Positions 1 to 12,078 of a stretch of DNA of 64,000 nt are shown one piece after another; the stretch's first letter is position 1, and each line of letters starts with the position of its first letter. This DNA comes from Eledone cirrhosa (Eukaryota). The stretch is taken from positions 274,536,001-274,600,000 of the forward strand of contig OZ024742.1 of assembly GCA_964016885.1 (NCBI GenBank). Reading direction: 5' to 3'. A model generated the notes under the pieces. That model searched no databases. It worked only from the letters and a program-made list of their open reading frames with translations, and was not told the origin of the DNA. The position numbers were made by a program, and so were the translations under genes.

Positions 1-13
1 TCAACAAGGATAA

Positions 14-17
<4 letters not shown>

Positions 18-53
<36 letters not shown>
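18..53. repeat. (GA)n microsatellite
   Basis: Perfect AG/GA run upstream of Tx1 copy T1. Confidence 0.95.
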
Positions 54-55
<2 letters not shown>

Positions 56-84
56 CTGTCAGACAACACAGAGAGAGGGAGACT

Positions 85-1561
85 TTGTCAACATATCAAC
101 AAGGCAGCGTTCTAGCGAAGGTAAATATAAAAGAAAATATTACGAAGGAAAAGAGGAACAATATCATTTTTAATGATATTGATACAGATTTAAAATTACC
201 AAATATTTCTGACACAAACAACACCAACAATAACACCAACACCAACAGCGGTAAGGTCGAGAACCACAATAAGAATGACAATAACAACAGCCACAACAAC
301 AATAATAGTAGGAACAGTAACAACAAAAACAACAATAATAACAGCAGCCACAATAACAGTAACAACAGCAACAGTATCGACGAACAGTATGACAACATCA
401 ATGACCACAATAACAGCAACAACAGTACCAACGAAAACACGTTTGTTGGCCTCGTCTGTACTGGCTTGAATCGAGGAGAAGACCACCATACTGCAAATAC
501 AAAGAATGGGAAGAGAGAACTGGTCAGGAATAAGCATGCAAATGCTAATACAGACTGACCAGAAGTGCATCGCGCCCATCCCAGACATCATAAACCTCGA
601 AAGAGGACTCCAACTCCTTATAAGCGTGGAAGGAAGGCGCCCAAAGTGCTATCTCTATGGGCAGAAGGGTCACCTCAGGGCCTTCTGCCCGCAGAAGACA
701 GCCAAGAAGAGGGCCCCCCTCCTTCCGACGCCTGATCCGCTACTACCAAGACTAGGGCAGGCAACAGAGGTAGAAGATCCTTCTATGGTGAGTAGGAGGG
801 CAACGTCCGTTGCACCCATACCAATGCCACGGACAACTAAAGCAACGGCAGCAGTGGCGGACACCAACCGTCGCAGTAACTTCACCGGCGCCAAAATCAC
901 CTGGGCGGTCTCCACTACCACCACCAAAAGCAGTGGAGCTCATGCCCCTCTCAGACGCCACGGAATCTGACATGGAGTATGAGGCGGGAGGGAAGTGGCA
1001 TACGATCTGCCACAAAAAACAAAAGAGGAAAAACCCCTTAGCTTCACCCTCCAAAAGTGAAGGAAGACAAAGAGGGGTAAAGTCTGCAAGGAGACATACA
1101 GCAACTCCACCACCATCACCATCACAACCACAAGCATCACCACCAACAACAACCACACCACCACCCGCATCACCAAAAACACCAACATCGCACACACAAC
1201 AAAACACACACACCCAGCAGCAACAACAAGAAAACAGCAACAAAATAACTCCTTCCCCCAAAAGTACACAGCCATAAACATGGCAAATAAAGAACTCATA
1301 CAACATATGAAGCAACACACAGACATCACAGAAAAAAACTACTACATCCCAACAACACCAAGAACTCGCCCAACAAACATAAGGATCATTGAAATCAAAA
1401 TAGAACAGTACAAACTTTTAAAACAAAAATTCCACAACGCAGTTGGAGACTTCAGAGGGTCGGTTACCAAGAGGATATACACTGACATCCTCTTGGAAAC
1501 ACCCATGACCACCCAAAGGGACGGTTCTGCTGTCCCTTCACCACACGATCAAGGTAAGTGA
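85..1561 (+). pseudogene. T1 ORF1 (Asn-rich N-terminus, degenerate CCHC knuckle, Pro/Thr linker), frameshifted
   Basis: ORFs 85-558, 506-970 (VEGRRPKCYLYGQKGHLRAFC), 810-1277 and 1280-1561 align with ORF1 of T8/T9. Confidence 0.8.
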
Positions 1562-1594
1562 CCCTTTCTCACTTGCCCCGTTTTTCATCCCAAA

Positions 1595-4500
1595 ATGGCC
1601 GTACTTAGAATAGGCAGTATAAGTGTACGTGGCCTTGGGTCATCTTTGAAGCAGGGTCACCTCCTCAACGACCTCAGGTCACTAAACATAGATGTGGTGG
1701 CCATCAGCGAGACCAGAATCTCCGAAGCACGTGCCTTCGCAGCGATCTTCGGCTGCTACGATGTATACGCATCTCCCAGCCGTCCTGGATCGAGGGGAGG
1801 GGTGGCAGTACTTTTTCGTTGAGGCTAGGATCTCGCCATACTAGCCATCTTCCTGGACGCAGAAGGTAAGTCGGTAGTGCTGGACGTGACAGGCAGCGAA
1901 GGCAATGCTTTCAGTCTAGTAGCCGTCTACGCCCAAACTGTGGTAGGACGGCCAGATTTCTACAGACGTCTAGAGACCTATCTTGGAACGTCCCGCTCTT
2001 TAGTGTTAGTGGGCGCCTGGAACGGTATCTTAGATGCACGCTGGGAATATGTGGAGCTAGTAGACAGGACAGGAGAGTGAAAAAGCCTGTTCAGACGTTT
2101 TGAACTGTCTGTCAGGCATAGACTGGATTATCCGAATGTGCCAATGCGGACATGGGCAAACCGCATCGGGTCATCCAGATAGTATTTAGATAGGGTATTT
2201 GTCGGGAAACAGATAAGGCTAGTGTAGATTGTCCACAATTTAAAGTAGTCGACTAAACGGACCACAAATCAGTGATCTGTGAAGTTGACTTAGATAGACT
2301 CCATAGGAAAGGGCCCGGCTACTGTAAGCTGAACGCGTCGTTCCCGGCGCGCAATGGTTACAGAGACCGGATTAGCGAATTAGTTGAGCGTGCGTTGACG
2401 GGTGTGATCGTCAACAATAGGTGGAGGTTTACCCTGAAAAGGGCTATTAGTGTAGAATCGATAACGTTTAGCAAAGGAGTAGTGATAGTGGAAAATAGAG
2501 TAGAGGGAGAGTTAGTTAGAAAGCTAGAAGAGGCGTTTAGGACAAGCATCGCAACCGACGTGCTTGCGGTGAGATTGGCACTCGACCAATTCTTCAACGC
2601 AAAGCATGAGGCGCGGGTGGCAACAAGCCCACAATTCGCTCTTTGCCTGATCAAAACGGGCGTATGTTGTTCGAACCGGAGCGGATGCGTGCGGCTTTTC
2701 AACAGCACTTTGCTCGATTGTCCGGAAGCGCCGGGCCGGATCGGAGTATGGGTTCGGTGCATACCTCTACGGACTGTCGCGGCTCTTCACTACCGCTGCA
2801 AGAGGCTGAAAACACCCAATGAAATACGGGAAGCGATGTCTGACGCACGAGGGGTAACTCGCCAGGTTTGGATGGTGTACCCTACAAGTTTTATGCGTAT
2901 ATGCCAAACCTGTTCGGCGACCACTTGGCAGATGTCTACTGCAACTGGAAAAGACCCGAACAAGGGGGACGTTATAGACAACTTCAGGCCCATAACACTG
3001 CTAAACGAAGAATTTAAAATTTTGGCCAAGGTCTTAGCAAAAATATTGGCGCTTGTCGTCGTTGTTCTGGAGGGAGAGGTGCAGACATGCGCCATTCCGG
3101 ACAGATCAATCCACGACAACCTCCATCTCATGCGATACATCATAGAGAGGGTGGTTAGGGAACCTGGCACGGGATGGCCCCTGATGAACTTGGAGCAATC
3201 TAAAGCATTTGATAGGGTCAACCATCGGCACCTGTCTGCTGTCCTCGAGGCAGCTGGCTTCTGGCCCGTTTTTAGGGGCTGGATTGCTGTGATGCACAGC
3301 GACATCTGCTCGAATGTGAGGGTGACTGGTCACCCGTCGCAGCATTTCAGCATCACGCGCTCGTTCCGCCAGGGTTGCGTCCTCTCATCCCCCCAGTACG
3401 TACTGGCCCTCGAGCCGTTACTTCACAAATTGGAGACGATGAGAGGGATCCCACGCGAACTGGGATGCGGGAGATCCGTGTCAGCTTACACCGACGACGT
3501 CACCCTGGTGGTATCGAGCACCAAACACGTCCAGATGCTCGGCACCGCTCTCAAGGAATACGAAGCGGTGACAGGACCAGAGATAAACCAGGAAAAGTCG
3601 GTGGGCTTCCAACTCGGCACTTGGAGAGGCAAGCCAATGCCGTCTGACAGCGTCGTGGGGCGCTGGACGGAAGGAGGGGTTAAATTGCTCGGGGTCTGGT
3701 TCGGTCCGGACCACCAGATGGAGAAAAACTGGGGCGAGTTGACAAGCAGGGTGGCCTCTCTCACCCAGAAATGGGCCGAGAGGTGGCTGTCTCTGAAAGG
3801 TCGGGCGGAGGTGGCGGAGGTGGAGAATGCGTACATAGCGTCCGTCATCTGCTCCCGCCTGGCCATCGTACCTTGCCCCCGGCCCAACTGTAACCAAACT
3901 GGAGCGCGTTCTCTTTTTTTGTGTAAGGGACGTGCTCCCATGGTCAGACGATCCATTTGCTGTCAACACCCGTTGCGTGGAGGACTAGGCATGCTGTGGC
4001 TGATGATGCAGTGCATGCACTGAGGCTGCGAAATCTCTGGTGCTTCCTTGACGGTGAACAAGCCGTGTCACCGTTTGCCAGACACACTTTTCACCCAGCT
4101 CGTCTCCTTGACGGAGCTGCTGTCCTGGATCAGGAAAGGTCCAAGTGATAGCGCTTGGAAGCTGGTATGTCCCCAGGCGCTCACAGACGACGTTCTCGGG
4201 GAGAACCTGGGCGTCGAAGACGATCATCTGTTCGCTCTCAATAGAACTTTCAGACCACGGCCTATGGACAACTTCCAGAAATCCCTGGCCTGACTGTGCT
4301 ACCGGGGAGTGTTGCCGGTTCGGGATAGTCTCTACAGGCACGGCGGAGGTGCTGTCAGCCGAGCCTGTCTGAGATGCACGCAGGGCGACGAAACCGAGCT
4401 GCTCGCGCTCGTTCAGTCCCCTAGGATTGCTGACTTGTGGAGTTTTGTCGAACAGCTGCTTTCGCGTGTAGGACGAATCCGGTTATTGACTAAATCTATT

Positions 4501-4776
4501 GTGCAGATAGCCCCGCCATCCTCCTTTAAAGAAGAGGAGGAAGGGCAGGCAGTTTTCATCTGCCTGGTGGCCATGGCGAAAGATAAGGTTAAAAGGGTGT
4601 TGAAGACGGAGACATTCCTCTCCGGCCAATCCCTGATTAACTTTTTCAAGTTTCACTGGAAGAGGAAAATCAGGGTGGAGAGGCAAGTGTGGTCTTGTAG
4701 TAAGCTTGTTGAAAGGTGTGTGAAAGAGGCGAGTCTGGTCCGAGTGAACGGACCCGCTCTGAGTATGCGCCTGTAG
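1595..4776 (+). pseudogene. T1 ORF2 (APE endonuclease, reverse transcriptase, zinc finger), disrupted
   Basis: GSISVRGL..ISETR, LVGAWNG, NFRPITLLN, KAFDRVNH, RQGC, AYTDD, GGLG, C-x2-C near the C-terminus; many stops and frameshifts. Confidence 0.92.
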
Positions 4777-5017
4777 ATTGAGGAGTAAGAAAAATTGAGA
4801 CAAGGCGCTTGCCCTGGTGGTCAGTGTGGCCGTGATATTTTGTGTGGTCTTCGCCACGAGTGACTGTCGGGGTTTTCCCCCATATTGGGGAATTTTTTTG
4901 TTGTTATAACCTTTATTACACGGCCAAACCCACTTTGTATCGTCCTGTACCGTTCTATGCTGTCTGTAATGTTTTTCTTCATTTAGCCCTTGTGGCCAAT
5001 AAAGAAACCATCATTTG

Positions 5018-5052
<35 letters not shown>
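5018..5052. repeat. (AAT)n microsatellite between the 3' ends of T1 and T2
   Basis: Perfect trinucleotide run; reads (ATT)n on the sense strand of T2. Confidence 0.95.
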
Positions 5053-5054
<2 letters not shown>

Positions 5055-5303
5055 TTTCTTTATTAACCACAAGGCTTTACATAAAGTGGACATTAAGGTC
5101 AGTGCAGGACAATACAGGACGGTATAAATGGGCATTTCTGTGTGTAAAAAACAAAAACAGAGGTTGTAACAAAGAAATAACAATGAAAAATTCCCCAATA
5201 GAGGGGAGACTTCGGAGGGACATTTGTGGAGAAGGTCCAGTAAAAGGCCACAGTGACCCTGACCACCAAGGCAAGTGCCCTCTCCCAGTTTTCCATCTTT
5301 AAT

Positions 5304-8300
5304 TTACAGATATATACTCAGAGTAGGCCCATTCACTCGGGTCATTCTTGCTTCTCTCACTCATCTTTCAACAAAATGCTGGGAAGAGAGCACTTCCCTC
5401 TCTACTCTGATTTTGCTTTTCGAATGAAATTTGAAAAAGTCAATCAGAGCATCGCCGAAGAGGTAAGTGCTCGTCTTCAGCCCTTTCAAACGTGTCCACC
5501 ATACTATCTCTTTCGCCATGGCCACCAGACAGATAAAAACTGCCTGCCCTTCCCGGATAAAGATGATAGACTCAGATGATAGCCGGATCCGTCCTACCCG
5601 CGACAGCAGGTGTTCGACATAAACCCACAAGTCAGCAATTTTCGGACACTGGACGAGTGCGTGCAGGATGGTTCCGTCGCCCTGCTCGCATCTCGGACAT
5701 GCCCGGCTGACGGCACCTCCATGCCTGTAGAGTTTATCCCGAACTGGCAAGGCTCCTCGGTAGCACTGCCAGGCCAGAGATTTCTGGAAGTTGTCCATAG
5801 GCCCTGGCCCGAAAGTTCTTCCGAAGAGATTAGCTAGTTGATTTTCGTCGACGCCTAGAGCTTCCCCAAGTACGTCGTCGCTCTTCCCCTCCACTAATCC
5901 TCTATAGAACGCCGAGGTGGAGTTTCCACCGATCACATTGCCCGATTGGTCGAGGGCTGTGAGCGCCTGAAGACATTCCAGTCTCCAGGCGCTCTCTCTC
6001 GGTCTTCGCTTGACCCAGGACTGCAGCTCCGTCAAGGAAACGAGCTGGGGAAATACGTGTCTAGCAAACGGCGACCACACCTGATCACCGTCGAGGAAGA
6101 GGTGGAGATGTCGTAGCCTGAGCGCGTGCATGCGCATCATCAGCCACGGCATGCCCAGCCCTTCCACAAAAAGCGAAAGAGCAAACGCTCCAGCGCAGTC
6201 AGGCGAGGCTTAGGACAAGGTACGACGGTCAGGCGGTAGTAGATGACAGACGCGATGTAATTCAGCCACCTCCGCTCGACCTTTCAGGGATAGCTTCCTC
6301 TCGGCCCATTTCTGGGTGAGAGAAGCCACCCTGCTCGTTAACTCGTCCCAGTTTTTGTCCGTCTGGAGGTCCGGACCGAACCAGACCCCTAGCAATTTAA
6401 CCGGTCCGTCCGTCCAGCGCTCGACGACGCTGTTGGACGGCATGGACCTGCCTCTCCAGGTGCCGAGCTGCAGGCCCACTGACTTTTCCCGGTTGATCAT
6501 TGCTCCTGTCACCGCTTCGTATTCTCTTAGTGTAGTGCAGATCGCCTCGATGTGTTTGGCGTTCGACACCACTACGGTGACATCGTCCGCATATGCTGAC
6601 ACGGATCTTCCGCATCCTAGTTCGCGCGGGACACACCTCAACGTCTCCAGTTTGTGCAGTAATGGCTCGAGAGTCAATACGTACAAGAGGGACTAGAGGG
6701 GACATCCTTGGCGGACCGACCGCATGATGTTGAACGGTTCCGACAGGTGACCGTTCACTCTCACGACAGAGCAGATGTCGCTGTGCATGGCATCGATCCA
6801 GCCTCTGAAGACGGGCCCAAAGCCAGCCGCCATCAGGACTGCCGCTAGGTAACGATGGTCGACCCTATCGAAAGCTTTAGACTGATCTAAATTGATCAAG
6901 GACCCACCCGTGCCAGGTTCCCTAGCTACCCTCTCTACGATGTATCGCATGAGGTGAAGGTTGTCGTGGATGGATCTGTCGGGAATGGCGCATGTCTGCG
7001 CCTCTCCCACCAGACCACCAACTACAAGCGCCAACCTCTTTGCTAGCACCTTGGCCAAAATCTTGAACTCTGTGTTTAGCAGAGTTATGGGCCGGAAATT
7101 ATCTATGTTATCCCCCTTGTTCGGATCCTTTCTCAGCAGTGCCACGGCTCCTCGGCTCACAGAACTGGGAATTCTCCCGTTCTGTTGCCAGTTGCAGTAG
7201 ACGTCCGCCAAGTGGCCTCCGAACAAGTCTGGCATCTGTACATAAAGTTCATAGGGCAGACCATCCAAACCAGGCGATTTACCCCTTGTGCAGCCAGTCA
7301 TTGCCTCCCTTACATCAGCGGCTGTTATCGGCTTTTCGCAAAACTTCGCCTCAGTGGCCGAGAGCCACGGCAGTCCGTCGAGGTAGACACTAAAGTCCAT
7401 CCCCCGACCCGGCCCACCGCTGCCCCCGAACAGCTGAGCGAAGTGTCGCTGAAAAGCTTCACACATTTTCCCGGGATCGAGTAGCATGCGCCCGTCGTGG
7501 TCCACCAAAGACCGGATCGTGGCTTTGTTGCCACGACGCGCCTCCGACACTCGTGCCCATTGAACGGCTTTCGTCGCCTCGTGTCTGAGAGCACGCACCC
7601 TAGCTCTGACAACGCAGCCTTCGTGCTTTGCATTGAAGAATTGGTCAAGGGCCAATTTCGCCGCAAGCACGTCGGTTGCAATGCCTTTGCTAAGTGCCTC
7701 GTCTAATTTTCTAACTAGTTCTCCCTCTGCTCTATTTTTCTCTATTGCCAAAGCCTTACTAATCGATTCTATTCTAATCGCTCTTTTCAGAGCAAACCAC
7801 CACTTGTTGTTGACGATGGCCCCCGTCAACGCCCGCTTAACTAGTTCGCTAATCCAGTCTCTGTAGGCCTTGCCCGCTGGTAAGCACACGTTTAGCTTCC
7901 AGTAGTCGGGTCCTCGTCTATGAAGCCTATCTAAGTCAAGCACACAGATCACGAATTTGTGGTACGTGTAGCTGACTATCTTGAATTGTGGACAGCCTAT
8001 GCTAGACCTATCTATTTCCCTACAACATACTCTATCTAGATATGATCTGGATGACACGATGCGATTTGTCCAAGTCCACATTGGCACATTCGGAAAATTC
8101 AATCGGTACCTGTCAGACAGTTCAAAACGCCTGAGCAGGTTGGTGAGGCTCTTGTACCCTCCACCCCTATCCGCTAATCCCACACAGTCCCAGCGTGCAT
8201 CTAAGACCCCGTTCCAGTCGCCCACTAACACTAAAGAGCGGGACGTTCCAAGAAAGGTCTCCAGACGCCGGAAGAAATCAGGCCGCCCAGCTCCTGTCGG

Positions 8301-8408
8301 GGCATAGACGGCCACTAGCCTGAAAGCTTGCCCGTCTCCGCTGGTCACGTCCAGCACCACCAACTTACCCTCTTGGTCCAGGAAGATGGCCCGTATGGCG
8401 AGATCCAT
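5304..8408 (-). pseudogene. T2 ORF2 (APE-RT-ZF), N-terminus missing, few frameshifts
   Basis: ORFs 6693-8408 (LVGDWNG, SYLDRV, KSPGLDGL, NFRPITLLN, KAFDRVDH, RQGCPL), 6210-6686 (AYADD) and 5361-6167 (CPRC..HALVQC). Confidence 0.95.
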
Positions 8409-8440
8409 GTGGTGTGGTTCTGCTATGTGGTGTGGTTCTG

Positions 8441-10174
8441 CTATTTTCTTGTCGTTGTTGCTGGGTGTGTGTGTTTTGTTGTTGTGTTTGCGATGTTGGT
8501 GCTTGTGGTGGTGGTGTTGAAGGTGTTGTTGTTGTTGGCGGTGGGGTTGTCGCCGGTGGTGACGGTGGTGCTAGTGTGGGTGGTGATGGTGTTGGTGGTG
8601 TTGCTGCTGTGAGTCTCTGCAGTAGACTTTACCCTTTTTTTCATTTCTTTCCTCCCTTTTCAAAGGCGACGATGCGCTGCTTCTGCGTGTGTGCCTTCTT
8701 ACGACCTTTTGCCATCCCTCTCCCACCTCACACTCCATGTCTGATTCTGTGAGGTCGGGGAGGGGTACCAGCTCCACTCTTTCACTTGTTGTTGTTGGTG
8801 ATGTTTGCACTGGGGTCTCTGTTGCAGCTGCATTTGGTATTGCTGTTGTTGTTGTTAATACCTCCACTGCTGCTGCTGTTTTTGATTTCCGTGGCGTTGG
8901 TATGAGTGCCACGGACCTATCGTTCCTGGTTGCCGCTTGTCCTGTTGCTGGTAGCCGTGGAGCCGGTTTCGGAAGGAGGGGGGTTTTCTCCTTTCTCAGG
9001 GTTTTCTCGTTGCAGAAGGCCCTGAGGTGAGTCTTCGATCCACAGCAAAAGCATTTCGGGCGTTTGCCCTCAACACTTATGGGCAGTTGAGTGCCGTTAT
9101 CGAAGTCTATCACATCCGGGATAGCTTCGATGCACTCCTGGTTGGTTTGGATTAACATCTCAATGGAGGTGCCGACCCAATCTTCTCTTACTTTTTTCTG
9201 TACTTGCAGTACAGTTGTTTTGTCCTCGATTCCGACGAGGACAGACGCGGCCAGCCAAGAAGGGGCCATCCCGGGGGGGGGGGGGGGACGTGGGTCAGTT
9301 TGACCCTCACAATTTTTTGCCCGCAGTAGGAGGGCACCAACACCATTTCCTCGCTCCTTAGGGTCACTAAGGATTGAGCCTTTGCCTCCTGGGGTGTGGC
9401 AAAAAGTACGTCTACGGTGGCATATTTCTTGCCTCGGGTGATGTGCGTTTTTCGCTGCCACACAGACCCCAAGGCTTTTTGTATTTGAGCCTCTGTGGCT
9501 CTTTCAACCCTACGGGATTTTGTACTTACTGTACGGTACGTGACCGTACATTGCTGTTGGGTTCCGAAAAACTTTTCCGCTGCCTTGCAGATTGCTCGGT
9601 GTCCGGTTTTTGTCACCATCTTCTTCGCTTCCTCTAATTCCTCATTTGTTATGAGGATGGTTTCCAGGTTTTGCGCGATACCTCCAAACGAGATTGGTTT
9701 TTATTTGCTGCTGTTGTTGTTGTTGTCGTCAGAGCTGCTGTTACTTTTGTTATTGCTGCAGGTACTACGACTACTGCCGCCGCCGCTGTTGCTGTGGTTG
9801 TTGTTGTTGTTGCTGCTGCTAATGTTGTTGTTGTTTATGCTGCTGCTGATGCTGTTGCGGCTGCTACTGTTGTTTTCATTGTCACTGTTGCTGTTGTTAT
9901 TACGGCTGCTATTATTCCTGAAGTCAGACGAATGAAATGGGTTTTCGTATTTCCCGCACACCTGTTTCGTCGCTGTCGTCGTCGTCGTGGAGAAATCTTG
10001 CACGCTTTGTACGAGACTTTTCTTTTCTGTCGTCGCTTGCGAAAGAGAAGGGAGGGAGAGAGATACATTTAAAGAAGGGAGGGAGAGAGACAATCTTCTC
10101 TCTGCTGTAGTGACGATTGAGGAAGAAGACGGAATGAGTGGGAGTGACCTATGAAAATTCTTTTTCGTAGCCAT
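8441..10174 (-). pseudogene. T2 ORF1, frameshifted, C-terminus lost
   Basis: ORFs 9701-10207, 9188-9619 and 8571-9461, with CFCCGSKTHLRAFC (C-x2-C-x4-H-x4-C) knuckle. Confidence 0.85.
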
Positions 10175-10389
10175 GTTGTTTTTTTTATTAAAATAAATAT
10201 TGGGCACAAAACCCCAATAAGCAGTTATTTAACCCCGAAGGGCCAAATAACGGACAGAAAGACCCCTCTCACGAGGAGGAGGGTGTTTTTGTCTATAAGT
10301 TGGTTAAAGTTTTAAATAATTTACAATTGTTATAGCGGTAAAAATTTACAATACCTTACAGAGCCGAGCCTCCGTCAACCATAGCATTC

Positions 10390-10434
<45 letters not shown>
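10390..10434. repeat. (AAT)n microsatellite between the T2 5' end and the T3 3' end
   Basis: Perfect run. Confidence 0.95.
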
Positions 10435-10436
<2 letters not shown>

Positions 10437-12057
10437 TTTCTTTATTGGCCACAAGGGCTGACATCAAGAACAACATTACAGACGGCAAAGGACGGTACGA
10501 CATGGGTTTTGTGCGTGTAAAGATTTTATTATTTATATAAGAAAAGAAAAAAAAGACATAGAAACATATATATATATATATAAACAATAAAAATGAAAAT
10601 TGAAAAAATAAAAAAATTCCCCAATAGCGGGGAAACCTCCGAGCATTACTCGTGGTGAAAACCACACCAAAGACCACAGCCAGCCTGACCACCAGGGTAA
10701 GCACCCTCTCTCAATTTTTCCATCTCTCAAACTACAGGCGGTCCCGTTCACTCGGACTATTCTAGCTACATTCACCCACCTTTCAACAAACTTGCTAGAA
10801 GGCAGCACTTGCCTCTCCACCCTGATTTTACTCTTCAAGTGAAACTTACAAAAGTTAATTAGGGATTCGCCAAAGAGGAAAGTGTCTGTCTTTAATCCTT
10901 TCAACCTCGTCTGCCACACAATCTCTTTCGCCATGGCCACTAGGGATATGAAAACCGCCTGCCTTCCTCCTCGAAGGAAGACCATCTGCACAGTGGACAG
11001 TCGATAACGGATCAGTCCTAACGCGACAGCAACTGTTCGACATAGCTCCACAAGTCAGCAATGCTCGGGTACTGAACGAGTGCGTGCACGACGGTTTGGT
11101 CGCTCTGGGCGCATCTCGGACAGGCTTGGCTGACGGCACTTCCGTGCCTGTAGCGCTTATCTCGAACCGGCAACGCTCCCCGGTAGCCTTGCCAGGCCAA
11201 GGATTTTTGGAAGTTATCCATAGACCCTGGACTGAAAGTTCTCCGGAAGAGCGCAAACGACTGATTTTTTCGACGCCCAGGATCTCTACGACAACGTCGT
11301 CGCTTTTCCCCTCCATTAGTCCTCTATAGAACGCCGAGGTGGATGTTTCACCGATACTGGTGCCCAGCTGGCAGAGGGCAGTGTGCGCCTGGAGACATTC
11401 CAGTTTCCACTTTTCTTGGCTGCTTTGGCAAATGACATCTTTTGTTTTGTACTGGTGTTGATATTGTTGTTGTTATTCTCATTGTTGTTGTTGTTGCTGT
11501 TGTTAATGTTATTTTAGTTTCAGTTGTGGTGGAGGTGGTGGTGGTGGTGTCAGTTGTGTTCAGCGTGGAAGAGTCGATTCTGGTGAATCCATTTCGATGT
11601 CAAGAGATAATAATTTATTTGTTTTTGTTTCTGTTGTCGCTGTGGTGGTGGTGGGGGTGGCGTCTTTAACACCTGCAGTTATTGGTAATGGCGGGAAATG
11701 AACATCTGCATGTGACAAATTTAAATTATTGTCACTGCTTATATTTGTAGTGTTGGCAAGCGTAGTAATGTCTAGAATGGTGTTGGTGGGAGTTGTTGAT
11801 CTGTTTCATCGGCTCTCAGCTTTGTGTGTCTGAGAGTCGTCCATGTTTTTTTTTCAAAGTAATTTTTGTTTGATAATTATAAAAGTTTAAATTTTGCGTC
11901 CAAACCCCAATCTGTTTCAGTGTCCTTTTCTGAAAGCAGAATATGTGAACATATAAACACTTAACACAAAAGTTTTCTATCACTGTCAATTTGAAACAAG
12001 TGAAAACAACAAACATTTGCGGAGCTTACGTTAATACGATTCCCTACGTAGGTCGCC
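10435..12057 (-). mobile_element. Tx1-like copy T3, internally deleted (5' UTR + ORF1 start fused to ORF2 3' end + 3' UTR)
   Basis: 5' terminus GGCGACCTACGTAG identical to the T8 5' end; junction at ~11410 joins ORF1 (MSFAKAAKK) to ORF2 (WKLECLQ); normal 3' end. Confidence 0.88.
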
Positions 12058-12078
12058 AATAATAATAATAATAATAAT
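12058..12078. repeat. (AAT)n microsatellite between the T3 5' end and the T4 3' end
   Basis: Seven AAT units. Confidence 0.95.

Larger units (their letters stand above)
54..5016 (+). mobile_element. Tx1-like (L1-group) non-LTR retrotransposon copy T1, decayed, with internal deletions
   Basis: ORF1 remnants followed by APE-RT-ZF ORF2 remnants; 3' UTR ends GCCCTTGTGGCC-AATAAA-GAAACCATCATT like the other copies; 5' boundary uncertain. Confidence 0.9.
5053..10389 (-). mobile_element. Tx1-like copy T2, both termini present, ORF1/ORF2 junction deleted or chimeric
   Basis: 3' end AATAAAGAAATC(ATT)n at 5053; 5' UTR runs up to the (AAT)n at 10390; ORF1 and ORF2 remnants. Confidence 0.92.

Noticed and set aside
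18-53. (GA)n as a Kibi-like target of T1
   Set aside because: The T1 3' end has the ATT-type tail remnant, and the true 5' end may lie outside the window
96-591. Poly-Leu/Val membrane-like ORFs antisense to ORF1 (also at 9495, 11442, 38031 and 63470)
   Set aside because: Shadow frames of AAC/ACC-rich low-complexity ORF1 sequence
9273-9287. G15 tract as a functional G-quadruplex
   Set aside because: Homopolymer expansion of a Pro-codon C run that frameshifts ORF1; absent in other copies
10200-10300. HDV-like ribozyme suggested by UCCUCGU, a UUCG hairpin and GCUUAU
   Set aside because: P3 mismatched and no P1/P1.1 pairing could be built; kept only as hairpins
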